Of a stretch of 17,985 nucleotides of DNA, positions 16,852 to 17,985 are shown in pieces. Numbering within the stretch: the first letter of the stretch is position 1; each line of letters starts with the position of its first letter. Both the position numbers and the translations under genes were made by a program. Source of the DNA: Nitrosopumilales archaeon (GTDB lineage Archaea; Thermoproteota; Nitrososphaeria; Nitrososphaerales; Nitrososphaeraceae); contig JBIQJB010000035.1 of assembly GCA_044507735.1 (NCBI GenBank), positions 1-17,985 on the forward strand. Direction: 5' to 3'. The notes beneath the pieces were generated by a model, which saw only the letters and a list, made by a program, of their open reading frames with translations, ran no database searches and had not been told where the DNA came from.

Positions 16852-17883
16852 CTAGCCAGAAGTCACGATGACTTTCATCGCATCTTTGGCCACATGCGCG
16901 CACTTGACTGCCTCTGGAGCATCCTTGATGTCGAATCTGTGTGTGATAAGCGACGCAATATCGACCTTTTTCTCTGATATCAGTTTTAGCGCCTCGTTCG
17001 TCTCTATTTCCGAAGCAGCATAGCTTGGTATTATCGAGTGTTCGTTCGAGTACAGTTTGCTCATGTCGTAAGACATCTGTGATCCTTTTGGCGGCACTCC
17101 AAAGAGCATTATGTCGCCTCCCTTCCTTGTCATCTCAAACGATTGCAAGAGCGCTTTCATACTGCCAGTTGCTACAACGCAAATGTCAACTCCCCTGCCA
17201 TCAGTAGCTGACTTGATCCTGTCAGCAAGATTCGGAGCAGCAGAATTGAACGCTTCGACTCCGTATCTACCGGCAAAGTTCAGGCGAAAGTCGTTGATGT
17301 CGAAGACAAACACCTTACGCGCGCCATAGGCTTTTGCTAGCAGCACATGCATCAATCCTGCCGGGCCAGCACCAAGCACCGCAATATCATCCCCGGGCTG
17401 GAAGTTGCACTTGTTCCATGCCCTGATGCAGCACGCGAAAGGCTCTATAAGCGATGCTTCGTCATAGCTAACACCATCTGGCAGCTTTATCAGGCCGCCC
17501 CTTGACACGTTCCACTCTGGGACCAGAAACTGTTCTGCCAACCCACAGGGGCTTATGTTGCTCGTCTGATAGTGAGGGCACATCGTATGATCGCCGTGCT
17601 TGCAGTAATGACACGAATAGCATGCAACATGATGATGAATGAAAACGCGGTCACCTGGTGAAAAGCCCTTTACTCCGCCACCCACAGCTACAACCTCTCC
17701 TGCCGGCTCGTGTCCAAGTCTGCCAGACGTCATGCCATACTCGCCATAGATCTTTTCAAGATCCGAACCGCACAGACCGCAGGCGCGCATCTTGACTATC
17801 ACGTCACCAGCGTTCGTAATATCAGGTGACTTGACATCATCGACTGACACAGCATCTCGTGCTTTTACAAATACGGCCTTCAT
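16852..17883 (-). CDS. Zinc-dependent medium-chain dehydrogenase (sorbitol/threonine dehydrogenase-like), 343 aa
   Basis: CGLCGSD, GHEPAG, structural Zn site CYSCHYCKHGDHTMC, EPFACC and Rossmann motif VLGAGPAG. The start is placed at MKAVFVK (17883) because of the TATA box at 17915-17909; the ORF-track start at 17943 looks over-extended. Confidence 0.92.
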   Translation of the reverse strand: MKAVFVKARDAVSVDDVKSPDITNAGDVIVKMRACGLCGSDLEKIYGEYGMTSGRLGHEPAGEVVAVGGGVKGFSPGDRVFIHHHVACYSCHYCKHGDHTMCPHYQTSNISPCGLAEQFLVPEWNVSRGGLIKLPDGVSYDEASLIEPFACCIRAWNKCNFQPGDDIAVLGAGPAGLMHVLLAKAYGARKVFVFDINDFRLNFAGRYGVEAFNSAAPNLADRIKSATDGRGVDICVVATGSMKALLQSFEMTRKGGDIMLFGVPPKGSQMSYDMSKLYSNEHSIIPSYAASEIETNEALKLISEKKVDIASLITHRFDIKDAPEAVKCAHVAKDAMKVIVTSG

Positions 17884-17908
17884 CTTTTTGTCCATCATTC
17901 TGCGCCTG

Positions 17909-17915
17909 ATATAAA
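17909..17915 (-). promoter_or_regulatory. TATA box of the dehydrogenase gene
   Basis: TTTATAT on the minus strand, 25 nt upstream of ATG 17883. Confidence 0.6.
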
Positions 17916-17985
17916 CAGTGGGCAATGCCATGCTTTGCTGCATGATCTGGAATAAACAAGCGATGCTCGAACACCCTATGGATCA

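Noticed and set aside
17884-17943. N-terminal extension of the dehydrogenase in the ORF track
   Set aside because: It contains the TATA box, and the family-typical start MKAV is at 17883.
1-17985. CRISPR array, IS element or rRNA
   Set aside because: No regularly spaced repeats, transposase motifs, terminal inverted repeats or rRNA-like sequence were seen.

Overview
Archaeal chromosomal window, most likely from a Nitrososphaera-like ammonia-oxidising archaeon (Nitrososphaerota). This is inferred from TATA/BRE promoters, leaderless and TTG/GTG starts, an intron-containing tRNA and the gene content. From left to right: the partial 5' end of a winged-helix protein gene, a tRNA-Leu(UAA) with two introns, carA-carB, a Zn-finger membrane protein, the ilvB-ilvH-leuA-leuB operon, a SnoaL/NTF2-like protein, an LsrF-like aldolase/thiolase, an orphan Cache-domain histidine kinase, a possible pseudogene and a Zn-dependent dehydrogenase. 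Two things stand out that the ORF track misses. (1) carB is interrupted inside its conserved GEAGE/FDYSG motif by a 21-nt, stop-containing insert that folds into a relaxed bulge-helix-bulge, a candidate archaeal pre-mRNA intron, and the carB frame has no canonical start codon at the expected position. (2) The ilv-leu operon is preceded by a leaderless 19-codon Val/Leu-rich leader peptide and mutually exclusive RNA helices, a candidate archaeal attenuator.
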